Source: Bacillota bacterium (GTDB lineage: Bacteria; Bacillota; Negativicutes; Sporomusales; CTSoil-080). Taken from it: a stretch of DNA of 64,000 nt. The notes beneath the pieces are model-generated. The model ran no database searches, had not been told where the DNA came from, and was given only the letters and a program-made list of their open reading frames with translations. The stretch spans positions 238 through 64,237 of the forward strand of contig JAGGAD010000023.1 in the NCBI GenBank assembly GCA_017889625.1. Direction: 5' to 3'. Below are positions 31,246 to 41,759 of the stretch, piece after piece (the stretch's first letter is position 1; every line of letters begins with the position of its first letter). The translations under genes were made by a program, and so were the position numbers.

Positions 31246-32221
31246 TGCCATGGAAAATGAAAAACATTTATTAGAAGTACATAATTTGACAAAATGGTTT
31301 CCGGTACGAAATTCAATTTTCTCGCGCCAGCAAAATTATGTGAAGGCTGTTAATGGGGTCAGTTTTTCGGTTAAATATGGAGAAACCCTTGGGGTTGTCG
31401 GAGAGTCCGGTTGTGGAAAATCGACAATGGGCCGAACCCTTCTCCGGCTGTTAGAGGCCACTGACGGAGCAGTGTATTTTAAGGGTGAAAATATTTTAAC
31501 GTTGTCAAAAAAGAAAATGAAAGAAAAACGCAAGGATATGCAGATTATTTTCCAAGATCCTTATGCCTCTTTAGATCCGAGAATGACGGTGGGAGATATA
31601 ATTAGTGAACCATTGGATATACAAACCTCAATCGGCAGAAAAGAACGAACGGAAAAGGTTTTAGCGGCTATTGAAATGTCGGGTTTGAATCCGAAATTTG
31701 TTAATCGCTATCCGCATGAGTTTTCAGGGGGGCAAAGACAGCGTATTGGCATAGCTAGGGCCATTATTTCACGGCCGCAGTTGATTGTATGTGATGAACC
31801 AGTATCGGCGCTGGATGTTTCGATTCAGGCACAAGGCATAAATCTTTTAAAGGATTTGCAGCATTCGCTTAATATGACATATATTTTTATTTCCCATGAT
31901 TTGAGTGTTATAAAACATATTTCTGATCGGGTGCTTGTAATGTATTTGGGGAATCTTGTTGAAATATCTCCTAAACAGGATTTATTTACGAATTCGGCCC
32001 ATCCCTATACCAGAGCACTGCTTTCAGCTATTCCTTCGATTGAGAGGCGTGGAACAAAAGATAAAATTGTATTGCAGGGAGATTTGCCTAGCCCGCTAAA
32101 TTTGCCTTCAGGTTGTTGTTTTCATACGCGTTGCTTTATGGCAAAAGAAATATGCAGTCAGAAGAAACCTGAACTGCAACAGGTCGGGAAAGAGCATTTA
32201 TGCGCTTGTCATTTTTGTTAA
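31223..32221 (+). CDS. dppF: Peptide ABC ATP-binding protein (start may be 31250)
   Basis: [37 protein letters not shown]. Confidence 0.93.
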   Translation: MKERILNDAMENEKHLLEVHNLTKWFPVRNSIFSRQQNYVKAVNGVSFSVKYGETLGVVGESGCGKSTMGRTLLRLLEATDGAVYFKGENILTLSKKKMKEKRKDMQIIFQDPYASLDPRMTVGDIISEPLDIQTSIGRKERTEKVLAAIEMSGLNPKFVNRYPHEFSGGQRQRIGIARAIISRPQLIVCDEPVSALDVSIQAQGINLLKDLQHSLNMTYIFISHDLSVIKHISDRVLVMYLGNLVEISPKQDLFTNSAHPYTRALLSAIPSIERRGTKDKIVLQGDLPSPLNLPSGCCFHTRCFMAKEICSQKKPELQQVGKEHLCACHFC

Positions 32222-32248
32222 TAATAATTTATTAGGGAGATGTGAAGA

Positions 32249-33313
32249 ATGAAAATTTCTAAAATCAATGTAAAAAAGGTGCAGATTCCGTTAATTGAAC
32301 CGTTCAAGATTTCTTTGGGGACGATTTCATCTTCAATGGAAGCATTAGTAGAGATTGAAACCGATGAAGGTCTCGTAGGATATGGTGAAGGGGCTGCCGG
32401 TATTTTAATTACCGGAGAAAATTTAGAAGGAACGGTTCGTTCTATTGAGGTTATAGGAAAAAATCTGATTGGTATTGATCCGTTGGAGCTTGAAAAAATT
32501 TATTGGATTATGGATCGGGCTTCGGCATATGCACCTTGTGCCAAAGCGGCTATTGATATTGCCTGCCACGATTTGATAGGAAAAATATTTAATCAGCCGT
32601 TGTATAAGATTCTGGGTGGCCATGATAATAAGCTTGATACCGATATTACTGTGGGAATTAATGAACCCGAGATTACCGCAGCGAAAGCAAAAAAACATAT
32701 TGAAAACGGATTTGATACTATTAAGGTAAAAGTCGGTTCGACAATGGAAGCTGATATAAAAAGAATTCGTTTAATTCGTAGTGCTATTGGTGCAGCATCA
32801 AAAATTCGGATTGATGCGAATCAAGCTTGGTCGGCTAAAGAGGCCGTACGGATGTTAAATAAATTAGCTGAGTTTGATATTGAGTTGGTAGAACAACCGG
32901 TTAGAGCTTATGATATTGATGGTTTAGAGTTTGTAACTAAAAATAGTCCGATTCCGGTTATGGCTGATGAGAGTGTATTTACGTCTAAGGATGCGATGAA
33001 GCTTGTACAACGTCATGCCGTGGATTATGTTAATATTAAATTGATGAAGTGCGGCGGATTACGGGAAGCAATAAAGATCAATACGGTTTGTGAAGCTGCC
33101 GGTGTTGAATGTATGCTTGGGTGTATGGCAGAGGAAAGTAATATCGGTGTTACCGCCGCCGCAAGTTTGGGGGCTGCTGTTAAGAATATTACGCGGGCTG
33201 ATTTAGACTCCCATTTTTCTTTGAAAGAGTTACCGTTTAAAGGCGGCGTTCAGTCGGTTAACGGAAAAAGTTTAGTGTTGAGTGAGGCCCCGGGCTTAGG
33301 CCTTATCAAATAA
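32249..33313 (+). CDS. Dipeptide (L-Ala-D/L-Glu) epimerase, enolase superfamily
   Basis: PFKIS.G, KVKVG, DANQ, EQP, ADES, NIKLMKCGG, DLD motif. Confidence 0.88.
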   Translation: MKISKINVKKVQIPLIEPFKISLGTISSSMEALVEIETDEGLVGYGEGAAGILITGENLEGTVRSIEVIGKNLIGIDPLELEKIYWIMDRASAYAPCAKAAIDIACHDLIGKIFNQPLYKILGGHDNKLDTDITVGINEPEITAAKAKKHIENGFDTIKVKVGSTMEADIKRIRLIRSAIGAASKIRIDANQAWSAKEAVRMLNKLAEFDIELVEQPVRAYDIDGLEFVTKNSPIPVMADESVFTSKDAMKLVQRHAVDYVNIKLMKCGGLREAIKINTVCEAAGVECMLGCMAEESNIGVTAAASLGAAVKNITRADLDSHFSLKELPFKGGVQSVNGKSLVLSEAPGLGLIK

Positions 33314-33416
33314 GACTGAGCGGTTAAGTAAAATGGTTTTAAGTGGTTGTTAAGGGTGAAGTGATAGAAAAATTACGGCAAAGTCTATTTTAGACATTGT
33401 AGCAATTATTTTAGAA

Positions 33417-34811
33417 ATGCGAAGAGGGCGTGTTATTTTGACAGAAGATACATTAAAGTTTTTAAGCATTCCTTTGCCGGAAGATGTTATGAAATTAAAG
33501 TATTTTGGTGATTTTGACGGCATGCGCAGGTTAATCGATCAATTATTGCAAGCCGGAAAGCTGCCGGTTGCATTAAGAGAAAGATTATTAATAGAAAAAC
33601 AAATTATAGCGGTTTTGCCGGCACAATATCCGTATTCTTTTGAAGCCGCGCTGGCTCTTATACAAGAAAAAATTCCTGATTTTAAAAGTGATGAATTGTT
33701 AGCTTTACAAAATAATGGTTTGGTGGACTGGTTTTTTATTCAGGGTAAACCACATTTTCAAGACAGATTTTATTTAAATCTGCTGAAGACTAATAAAGCT
33801 TTTGCCGACAGAGTTAATGATTCTGAATTTGTAAAAAGTCAGCAGATTGCTCAGGCGTGTTTAGATGATAATGTTCAGATAATGAAAAAAAACCGAGAAA
33901 GAACTTTCCGGATTCATTTAAAAACGGGGATTGAATTAAAGGATAGTGCCATTCGTAAAAATGAAGTGCTAGCGGTTCATATTCCTATTCCGGCAAAGTG
34001 TAAACAAATTAGTAATATACGGATTCTTTCTACGTTGAAAGAGCCTAAATATACCGCACCTGAGGATGCCCTGCAGCGTACTATATATTTTGAGGAAAAA
34101 GTTTCTGAGCAGAATAAGACATTTACGGTGGAATATGTATATGACAACCACGTAGATTATGTTGATTTATTGCCGGAAAAGGTTTGGCAGAAGCAGCCGG
34201 CATTTTATACCCATGAGGAAGGTCCGCATATTATGTTTACACCATATGTGCGGTCTTTGTGTGCGGAAATTGTTGGGGCGGAAACTAACCCGCTTCTTAA
34301 GGCAAGAAAAATTTATGATTTTATAACGACAAAGGTTCACTACAGTTTTATGCGGTCGTATTTTACGGTTGAGAATATTGTCGAATATGCCGCGCTGAAT
34401 TTGAAGGGTGATTGTGGTGTACAGGCCTTGTTATTTATTACTTTATGCCGTTGTGCAGGCATTCCGGCAAAGTGGCAATCCGGGATGTATACAGCTCCAT
34501 ATACGATTGGCAATCACGATTGGGCGCAATTTTATATTGCACCATATGGCTGGTTGTTCGCGGATTGTTCGTTTGGCGGCGGTGCTTACCGAAATAACGC
34601 TATTGAACGCTGGAACTATTATTTTGGCAATATAGATCCGTTTAGAATGGTTGCAAATTCTGAGTTCCAACAATGCTTTGAGCCGAATAAACATGGTTTG
34701 CGTATTGACCCTTATGATAATCAACGGGGAGAATGCGAATATGGAGAGCGGGGATTACGTTCGGAAGATTTCACGGTAATTCGTGAATACATAGAAATAA
34801 AAGAACTGTAA
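33417..34811 (+). CDS. Transglutaminase-like (Cys-His-Asp) domain protein
   Basis: GDCGVQALLFITLCR, HDWAQFY, GW.FAD; no signal peptide. Confidence 0.85.
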   Translation: MRRGRVILTEDTLKFLSIPLPEDVMKLKYFGDFDGMRRLIDQLLQAGKLPVALRERLLIEKQIIAVLPAQYPYSFEAALALIQEKIPDFKSDELLALQNNGLVDWFFIQGKPHFQDRFYLNLLKTNKAFADRVNDSEFVKSQQIAQACLDDNVQIMKKNRERTFRIHLKTGIELKDSAIRKNEVLAVHIPIPAKCKQISNIRILSTLKEPKYTAPEDALQRTIYFEEKVSEQNKTFTVEYVYDNHVDYVDLLPEKVWQKQPAFYTHEEGPHIMFTPYVRSLCAEIVGAETNPLLKARKIYDFITTKVHYSFMRSYFTVENIVEYAALNLKGDCGVQALLFITLCRCAGIPAKWQSGMYTAPYTIGNHDWAQFYIAPYGWLFADCSFGGGAYRNNAIERWNYYFGNIDPFRMVANSEFQQCFEPNKHGLRIDPYDNQRGECEYGERGLRSEDFTVIREYIEIKEL

Positions 34812-34821
34812 TTATTTGGAG

Positions 34822-34865
34822 AAATAAAGACCGTCAGGCAAAATTGTCTGGCGGTCTTTATTTTT
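34822..34865 (+). terminator. Terminator of dpp-epimerase-TG operon
   Basis: aaataaagaccgtcagg / tctggcggtctttattttt. Confidence 0.8.
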
Positions 34866-35037
34866 CGATAGTCTGTTTCGACTTAATCAGGAATGGTTTG
34901 GGGCGGCATAAAAGAGAAAGAAAGACCGCGGATAGTTATCCAGGTCTTTCACTATATCATTAGGAGGAGGATCGGGTAATAGTTAGGTGATTATATAGAG
35001 AACTAAATGTATTAGGAACAAAAGGTGCTATGTTTAG

Positions 35038-35148
35038 TTAAATCGAGCAAGAGGAACCGTTATCCCCTGTAAATAACAGAAGAAGGATGATTATTATGAT
35101 AACAACTATCATGGGGCTACGGCCACCGCCGCCGAAGTTACATCCCAT
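35038..35148 (-). CDS. 36-aa Gly-rich/hydrophobic sporulation-type peptide (YjcZ/SscA-like), not in ORF track
   Basis: SD AAAGGAGGT; MGCNFGGGGRSPMIVVIIIIILLLLFTGDNGSSCSI; upstream CATATGATA -10-like element. Confidence 0.7.
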   Translation of the reverse strand: MGCNFGGGGRSPMIVVIIIIILLLLFTGDNGSSCSI

Positions 35149-35489
35149 ATCAATACCTCCTTTCAACTAACATATCATATGCTAGCAGATGGTAGTGTGC
35201 TATGGGGATCGATTTAATCTATTAAATTTGTTTATCTGAAATAAAGGTAGCTACCCAGTGTGGGCGAGGTTCCTTTTGCCATAATAAGCATGTAGAAATA
35301 TGCGGTAATCAAATCCGCAGATCAGCGTGACTATCTGGCTGTGCATCGCGCTGATCGTAAAAATATACATTATACACCTTGCCTATTGGTAGGGGTATTT
35401 TTTTATGTGAGTAAATTAGCCTGTGCTAACGCACCTCTTTCCTATACATTACATAATATATAGCAGGTAGAAGGAAAGGAGGTGCTGGA

Positions 35490-35675
35490 ATGGGCGAAGG
35501 GTGCAACGAAAAAGAAAGGAAGAATAGGCACTGCGTTATCAACATTTTCTGCGGCTGCTGTGACAAGCAGGATGACAAGTGTGATGATAAATGGGATATA
35601 GAATCAGATGGCAAGTGTGTCATTAATATATTCTGTGGATCAAAGCAGGAAAAAGACCAAGATGATAACTGGTAA
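35490..35675 (+). CDS. Small Cys/Asp-rich protein, spore coat candidate
   Basis: SD GGAGGTG; CVINIFCG twice; upstream cACc-N16-CATAatATA fits a SigK-type promoter. Confidence 0.7.
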   Translation: MGEGCNEKERKNRHCVINIFCGCCDKQDDKCDDKWDIESDGKCVINIFCGSKQEKDQDDNW

Positions 35676-36128
35676 GTGTATTTTACGGTAAAAGTAAGTC
35701 CCGCTGTCGCTGAGGACGGAGGGACTTGGCCGTTTTATTCTTTAATATTTATTAAGGCCAGCAATCAAATTGATTGCTGGCTAGTAGTTTATTTGGGGAT
35801 GAGTTTCTGCCAAGAATTATTTGGTTCGTCTTAGTATAAAAAGACGCATAATGTTGGTGATACCAATACTGATAAAATAGCTTTGCTAGAAAATGATATT
35901 GATTATTATTATCATTTAGAGTATAATCAATTATGAAAATAGTGGGAATATAAAAGGAAGGTTTGGTAATTATGACGGTCACACAGTCTGATGTTTGGAA
36001 ATTGTTGGCGCAAAGTATTGGTACGGCTATGGTATTGTCGTTTATTATGGTTTCGACAATCATATAGCTAAGCGGAGAGGCATAAAAAAGCAATACGAAA
36101 ATGTTGAGTTAGTCTTAAAGGGGCGATT

Positions 36129-36566
36129 ATGTCTTTAGAAGAAATCGAAGCAGTCTTGAATAATTATTTAAATAAGGAAAAGCGAAGAGTAACCAAGCAA
36201 CGTAAGCTTATTTTGCATGTGTTTGCTAACTCAAAAGCCCATGTAACGATTGAAGAATTACATAACAAAGTTAGACAGCACCAGTCTAACGTTGGCGTAG
36301 CTACTGTCTATCGGACTGTAAAATTGCTGTATGAATGCGGATTAGCTACTGGATTTAGAGATAGTGATGGAACATTTCGGTATGAACTTGAGCAGGAATG
36401 TCATCATCATCTGATATGTATAAAATGTGGAAAACTGATTGAAGATACTGATCTTCAGATGATGGTACACCAAAATCAACTAGCGGCGAAGCAGCATTTT
36501 AGAGTATTACATTCACGAGTAGAATTATATGGTATCTGTTGTGAATGTTTGGCGAAGCGTAATTGA
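36129..36566 (+). CDS. Fur-family transcriptional regulator
   Basis: R.TKQR, H.TIEE, ATVYRT, HHHLICIKCG, YGICCEC. Confidence 0.92.
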   Translation: MSLEEIEAVLNNYLNKEKRRVTKQRKLILHVFANSKAHVTIEELHNKVRQHQSNVGVATVYRTVKLLYECGLATGFRDSDGTFRYELEQECHHHLICIKCGKLIEDTDLQMMVHQNQLAAKQHFRVLHSRVELYGICCECLAKRN

Positions 36567-36782
36567 TCATGTGCGAACCGGTGAAGATAAATTGTCGAAG
36601 TTGGGCGGGCCTAAGGGGTCAAATTTTTTGTTGCTTAATTGATAATGATTAAACAAGTAAATAACAAAACGTGTGGAGAATTGTGCTATCCTTCTAGTTG
36701 AGCGATATCACTGATTTAATCAAACCGGCTATGAATACCGAAATATAGGAATTTAGATTGTATTAAGGAAGGAAGAAGATAA

Positions 36783-38495
36783 ATGAAGATCAGTAAAAAA
36801 TTAATTCTTATTGGAATTATTCCAACGCTTATTTTTACGTTGATTAGTTTTATATATTTTATTCCGGAAACCAAGAAAAGTATATATACTGAAAAAAATC
36901 TTCAATTAAGAACGAATATAGATAATGCTTATTCAATTATTAACTATTATTATTCGCTTTATCAAAATGGCTCGTTAACTGAAGCTGATGCTAAGCTACA
37001 AGCTAAAGCAGCCGTAAGTAAGATGCGGTATGGGGATGACGGATATTTTTGGATTGACGCTTTAAATGGAGAATGTGTAATGCACGCCGCAAACCCTAAG
37101 CTTGAAGGGGTAAACCGAATTATGGGCAGCGATAAAGTGAATGCAGAGCTTATTCAAAGAATAATAAGTGGGGTTTCGGAAAATAAAGATGCTGGTTTTT
37201 ATACGGATTTTTCCTTTCCTAAACCGGGAGAAACCGAGCCTTCTCCAAAAAGAAGTTATTCTAAGTTGTTTATACCCTGGGGATGGTCGATAAGTACTGG
37301 TATTTATACTGATGATGTAGAAAAAATCATTCAAAAACAGAGTATTGCCATTGTCATAGTAGATATTATGCTTATATTAGGTACATTTGTATTTACATAT
37401 TGGTTTTCCAAGAAGAAGATTATTCAGCCACTGGAACATGTTATAGTTAAACTTAGCGAAATGGCTAATAGCGGCGGAGATTTAACGCAAAAAATTGTAA
37501 TCGACAGCAAGGATGAGCTGGGTAAGTTAGCGTTCGCCGTCAATTCATTGCTGGATAGTATGCGGCTCTTAATTAAGCAAATTGCCCAAACATCTGAGCG
37601 CGTAACGGCTTCGTCGGAAGAGCTGACAGCCAGCGCTGAATATTCAACTCAGGCTGTCACGCAAATAGCTGGAGCAATTAAGGATGTGACCCTAGGGGCT
37701 GAAAATACTTTTCAAGCGGTAGATGAAACATCTATAGTGGTAGAGCAGATGTTGGCGGGACTACAACAAGCGGCGGCCAGTACCAACCAGTTAGCCGAAC
37801 ATTCAGCTCAGGCTGCTGATAAAGCAAAAGAAGGTAACGCATCGGTAGAAAAAGCGGTTAATCAGATGACTCATATTGAAAATACGGTCAACCATTCAGC
37901 CAAAGTGGTGGCTAAATTAGGTGAAAGATCTAAGCAAATCGGGCAAATTATTGATACGATAGCAGGCATTGCCGGGCAGACGAATCTTTTAGCCCTCAAT
38001 GCGGCGATTGAGGCGGCTAGAGCGGGAGAACAGGGAAAAGGTTTCGCCGTTGTCGCGGAAGAAGTGCGGAAATTGGCCGAACAATCCCAAGCAGCGACTA
38101 AGCAAATTGCCGATCTGATTAGTGAAATTCAGGGAGACACCAATAAAGCAGTTGTTGCTATGGATGAAGGCACTCATGAAGTAAAAGTTGGGGCCGAGGT
38201 TGTTGTGATAGCAGGAAAAGCATTTGAAGAAATAGTCGGCCTGGTAACCAATGTGTCGGATCAAGTGAAAGATATTTCTGCTGTCATCCAGCAAATGGCT
38301 GGTGGTAGTCAGCAAATTGTAACGTCGGTGAAAGCGATTGATGGGTACAGTAAAACAGCGGTTGGCGAAGCGCAGACGGTGTCGGCGGCTACCGAGGAAC
38401 AATCGGCATCCATGGAACAAATTGCTGTATCTAGCCAGAGTCTAGCCAAGCTGGCCCACAGTCTCCAAACTGCCGTCAGTCAATTTAGGGTTTAG
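36783..38495 (+). CDS. Methyl-accepting chemotaxis protein (single Cache)
   Basis: [31 protein letters not shown] signalling domain. Confidence 0.95.
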   Translation: MKISKKLILIGIIPTLIFTLISFIYFIPETKKSIYTEKNLQLRTNIDNAYSIINYYYSLYQNGSLTEADAKLQAKAAVSKMRYGDDGYFWIDALNGECVMHAANPKLEGVNRIMGSDKVNAELIQRIISGVSENKDAGFYTDFSFPKPGETEPSPKRSYSKLFIPWGWSISTGIYTDDVEKIIQKQSIAIVIVDIMLILGTFVFTYWFSKKKIIQPLEHVIVKLSEMANSGGDLTQKIVIDSKDELGKLAFAVNSLLDSMRLLIKQIAQTSERVTASSEELTASAEYSTQAVTQIAGAIKDVTLGAENTFQAVDETSIVVEQMLAGLQQAAASTNQLAEHSAQAADKAKEGNASVEKAVNQMTHIENTVNHSAKVVAKLGERSKQIGQIIDTIAGIAGQTNLLALNAAIEAARAGEQGKGFAVVAEEVRKLAEQSQAATKQIADLISEIQGDTNKAVVAMDEGTHEVKVGAEVVVIAGKAFEEIVGLVTNVSDQVKDISAVIQQMAGGSQQIVTSVKAIDGYSKTAVGEAQTVSAATEEQSASMEQIAVSSQSLAKLAHSLQTAVSQFRV

Positions 38496-38601
38496 TTGTA
38501 TAGATAAGAATGAGGCGTAGTAGATTTTTTAAAAGCGAGCGGTGGTTCTGGTTGTTATCAGGCGATTTCCCCATAGATTACCGGCGGGACACAATAAGAT
38601 G

Positions 38602-38639
38602 AAAAGCAGCCTCCTGGCAGATGCCGGGAGGCTGCTTTT
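38602..38639 (+). terminator. Intrinsic terminator
   Basis: aaaagcagcctcctggca / tgccgggaggctgctttt. Confidence 0.8.
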
Positions 38640-38773
38640 ATATTGAAGGAGATAAATGAGAGAAAAGGTGTGGGGAAGAGGAACTTGTCGAATGATTGTG
38701 GATTTTCAGTTTGTTTTCAGTTTTGTACTGTAGAATGATATATGGTTATAACTAAACAGCACAGAGGTAGGGT

Positions 38774-39433
38774 ATGATTGACTGTTTTTTAGCGATTGAT
38801 TTTGATGGAACGATTGCGGACGTAGATGTAACGGACACGGTACTTTCCCAGTTTGCCAGTGATGAATGGCTGGAAATCGAAAAGCGTTGGGATTCTGGCG
38901 AAATAGGAGCGCAGCAATGTTTAGCTGAGCAAATGGAACTGATTGGTGCTGATTTAAACACCGTACTGGATTTTGTTGATACTGTAACCATCGATCCGGG
39001 GTTTGGAAAGTTCGTCACGTTTGTCCGGGCCGTTGGCCTTGCTCATGCGATTATCAGTGATGGGTTTTGTGTATTCATCCGGCGTATTTTGGTTAAGGCC
39101 GGAATCATCGGGGTACCGGTATTTGCTAATTACTTGCTGGAGCGAGATGGCAAACTGAATGTGTCATACGCTAACAGTTTTCCGGGGTGTCCCGCAGGAA
39201 CTTGCAAATGTGCGGTTGTGGACAGGTTAAAAATGAATTTGCCAGTGGTGCTGATTGGTGATGGACGCAGCGATTTTTGTCTGGCCGATAAAGCGGATTT
39301 TGTTTTCGCAAAAGGACGGCTCAGTGAATATTGTCGCGAACGAAAATTGCCATATCTGGAGTATGAGAATTTTTCTGAGGTAATTAAAGGCTTGAAGCAA
39401 TTGTCGGACCATGATCTTCAACAAGTTGGCTAA
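38774..39433 (+). CDS. MtnX-like HAD-IB phosphatase
   Basis: DFDGTI, ISDG, GTCKC, IGDGRSDFC. Confidence 0.88.
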   Translation: MIDCFLAIDFDGTIADVDVTDTVLSQFASDEWLEIEKRWDSGEIGAQQCLAEQMELIGADLNTVLDFVDTVTIDPGFGKFVTFVRAVGLAHAIISDGFCVFIRRILVKAGIIGVPVFANYLLERDGKLNVSYANSFPGCPAGTCKCAVVDRLKMNLPVVLIGDGRSDFCLADKADFVFAKGRLSEYCRERKLPYLEYENFSEVIKGLKQLSDHDLQQVG

Positions 39434-39454
39434 TATGGGGGGAATATATAATTT

Positions 39455-40834
39455 ATGACTAAGTGTATTGATGAAAAAGAGCTTTTGGCGTTAGAAGCCA
39501 AGTATTGTTCTTATGGTGATACGGTTCATTATATCGATCCGCCGAAGTTATTTGAACGTTGTGATGGTTCCTGGCTGTATGATGTGCAAGATCGGCCGTA
39601 TCTTGATCTGCAAATGTGGTATTCAGCCGTAAATTTTGGTTATCGAAATTCAGAAATTGCCGCGGCTCATGATGAACAAATGAGTCGGATGCCACAGTTG
39701 GCGTGTCAATATCTTAATAAGGAAAAGATATTACTGGCGACCGAGATTGCGACAGAAACCGAAAAACGGTTTGGAATGAAAGGGCGGGTTCACTTTAATG
39801 TGGGCGGTGCTCAGGCCGTGGAAGACAGTATGAAACTGATCCGTAACTTCAGGAATGGGAAATCACTAATGTTCGCCTTTATGGGTGGTTATCATGGACG
39901 GACGCTGGGGTGTTCGGAGATAACCAGCAGTTATCGGTATCGTCGCCGGTATGGTCATTTTGGCAGCCGGGCATCGTTTATTCCCTATCCGTACTGTTAC
40001 CGTTGTTTTTATGGTCTTAAACGGGAATCTTGTGGTTATGAATGTGTCAATCAGTTTGAAAAATTATTTGAAACAGAGTATTATGGGGTTCTTGATCCCA
40101 AGGCCAAGGAAACTGAATTTGCCGCCTTTTATGTGGAGCCAATTCAAGCCACGGGCGGTTATATTGCTCCGCCGCCGGAGTATTTTTCTAAATTGGACAA
40201 GATTCTGAAGCGCTATAACATTTTGTTGGTTGATGATGAAATCCAGATGGGCTTTTATCGGACCGGGAAATTGTGGGCGATGGAACATTTCGGAGTAAAA
40301 CCAGATGTGATTACCTTTGCTAAGTCGTTGACTAATGGGTTAAATCCGTTGTCCGGGGTATGGGCGAAGGAAGAAATGATAACTCCGGAAATTTTCCCGG
40401 CCGGTTCAACTCATTCGACTTTCTCAAGTAATCCGTTGGGAACTGCTGCTGGCTTAGCCACAATGCAGTATATTAAACGTCATGATCTTGAAACCAGTGT
40501 CAGAGAAAAGGGCGAGTATTTATTAAACCGGATTAGAGAATTGCAGGCTCGTCATACTGTAATCGGTGATGTGGACGGAGTGGGCTTGGCTATCAGGATT
40601 GAGATGACGAAAGCGGATGGATTTGCGCCGGATAAGGCTTTAGCAGATAAAATTGTCGATGAGGCTATGAAAGGCGATATTGAAGTAAAGGGCAAAAAAT
40701 ATGGGCTGGTGTTGGATATTGGCGGCCACTATAAGAATGCATTTACTTTAGCGCCGGCGTTAACGATAAGCTATGAAGAAATGGATTTGTTTATTGAGCT
40801 TTTCGAGGCCTTATTAAAAAGGTGCGGGGTTTAA
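39455..40834 (+). CDS. Class-III PLP aminotransferase (distinct subfamily, substrate unknown)
   Basis: YLDLQMWYSAVNFGY, GYHGRTLG, DEIQMGFYRTG, FAKSLTNG, THSTFSSNPLG. Confidence 0.9.
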   Translation: MTKCIDEKELLALEAKYCSYGDTVHYIDPPKLFERCDGSWLYDVQDRPYLDLQMWYSAVNFGYRNSEIAAAHDEQMSRMPQLACQYLNKEKILLATEIATETEKRFGMKGRVHFNVGGAQAVEDSMKLIRNFRNGKSLMFAFMGGYHGRTLGCSEITSSYRYRRRYGHFGSRASFIPYPYCYRCFYGLKRESCGYECVNQFEKLFETEYYGVLDPKAKETEFAAFYVEPIQATGGYIAPPPEYFSKLDKILKRYNILLVDDEIQMGFYRTGKLWAMEHFGVKPDVITFAKSLTNGLNPLSGVWAKEEMITPEIFPAGSTHSTFSSNPLGTAAGLATMQYIKRHDLETSVREKGEYLLNRIRELQARHTVIGDVDGVGLAIRIEMTKADGFAPDKALADKIVDEAMKGDIEVKGKKYGLVLDIGGHYKNAFTLAPALTISYEEMDLFIELFEALLKRCGV

Positions 40835-41644
40835 ATGTCAAATCAGGCAATCAATCTTAACGGTAATGAAAATGGCGTGATTTTGATTCATGGCCTGACT
40901 GGCAGTCCGTATGAAATGAAGTATTTAGCAACTCAGCTTAACCGGGCCGGTTTTAGCGTCGCAGTTCCTTGTTTGGCGGGTCATAGTCAGGGAATTAGTG
41001 ATTTGAAAAAAACCACTTGGCAGGATTGGTATAAGAGTGTACAAGAGTCCATGGAAGTGTTAAAGGGCAATTGTTCGCGGATTTTTACCGCGGGTTTGTG
41101 CATGGGGGCGGTGCTGGCACTGCATGTTGCCAGGCAGTATCCCCTTGATGTAAAAGCGGTTGCGGCTTTATCAACGACTTTTCAATTTGATGGCTGGGGG
41201 ACACCTTGGTATAGGTTCCTGATGCCGATCAATAATTACACTCCGGCAAAGTATTTTTATTCATATCCGGAACGTGAACCATATGGTATCAAGAATGAGC
41301 GTCTTCGGCGAATGGTAGCCAAAGGTCTGAAAGATAACTCGATTGCGTATGACTGTGTTCCGGGGGTTAGCATGTATGAATTGCATAAGCTGGCCGGAGT
41401 TGTGAAACAGGAACTGCCGGAGTTGTCGGTACCTACCTTGATTATCCACTCGACCGAGGATGATACTGCCAGCATAAATAACGCAAATTATATTGAGAAG
41501 AAAATTGGAACCACTAGGGTGCGAAAAATTTTTCTTGATAATTGTTATCATATGATTACGATGGATAACCAGCGTGAAGTTGTAGCTAATGAAGTAGTTT
41601 CTTTTTTCCGGGAGACGCTGATTCAGTCTGCTCAGGCGGGATAA
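40835..41644 (+). CDS. Alpha/beta hydrolase with Cys nucleophile elbow
   Basis: LIHGLTGSP, GLCMG (Cys where GxSxG has Ser), HSTEDD, HMIT; abuts the aminotransferase stop. Confidence 0.85.
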   Translation: MSNQAINLNGNENGVILIHGLTGSPYEMKYLATQLNRAGFSVAVPCLAGHSQGISDLKKTTWQDWYKSVQESMEVLKGNCSRIFTAGLCMGAVLALHVARQYPLDVKAVAALSTTFQFDGWGTPWYRFLMPINNYTPAKYFYSYPEREPYGIKNERLRRMVAKGLKDNSIAYDCVPGVSMYELHKLAGVVKQELPELSVPTLIIHSTEDDTASINNANYIEKKIGTTRVRKIFLDNCYHMITMDNQREVVANEVVSFFRETLIQSAQAG

Positions 41645-41759
41645 GCGTCGGATTACAAAAGCCTCATTATATCTTTTGATATAAGGGGCTTTTGTGGTAA
41701 AAATAGATATTTGCGGTTGGAACTTGCTAATGAGTAGCGGGAAGAGTGGGGGGGAAGCA

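Noticed and set aside
35752-36093. 113-aa minus-strand ORF
   Set aside because: No SD or recognisable motif; AT-rich intergenic composition upstream of the Fur gene
38774-39433. Calling the HAD protein mtnX (methionine salvage)
   Set aside because: No mtnW/mtnB/mtnD context; neighbours point to another pathway
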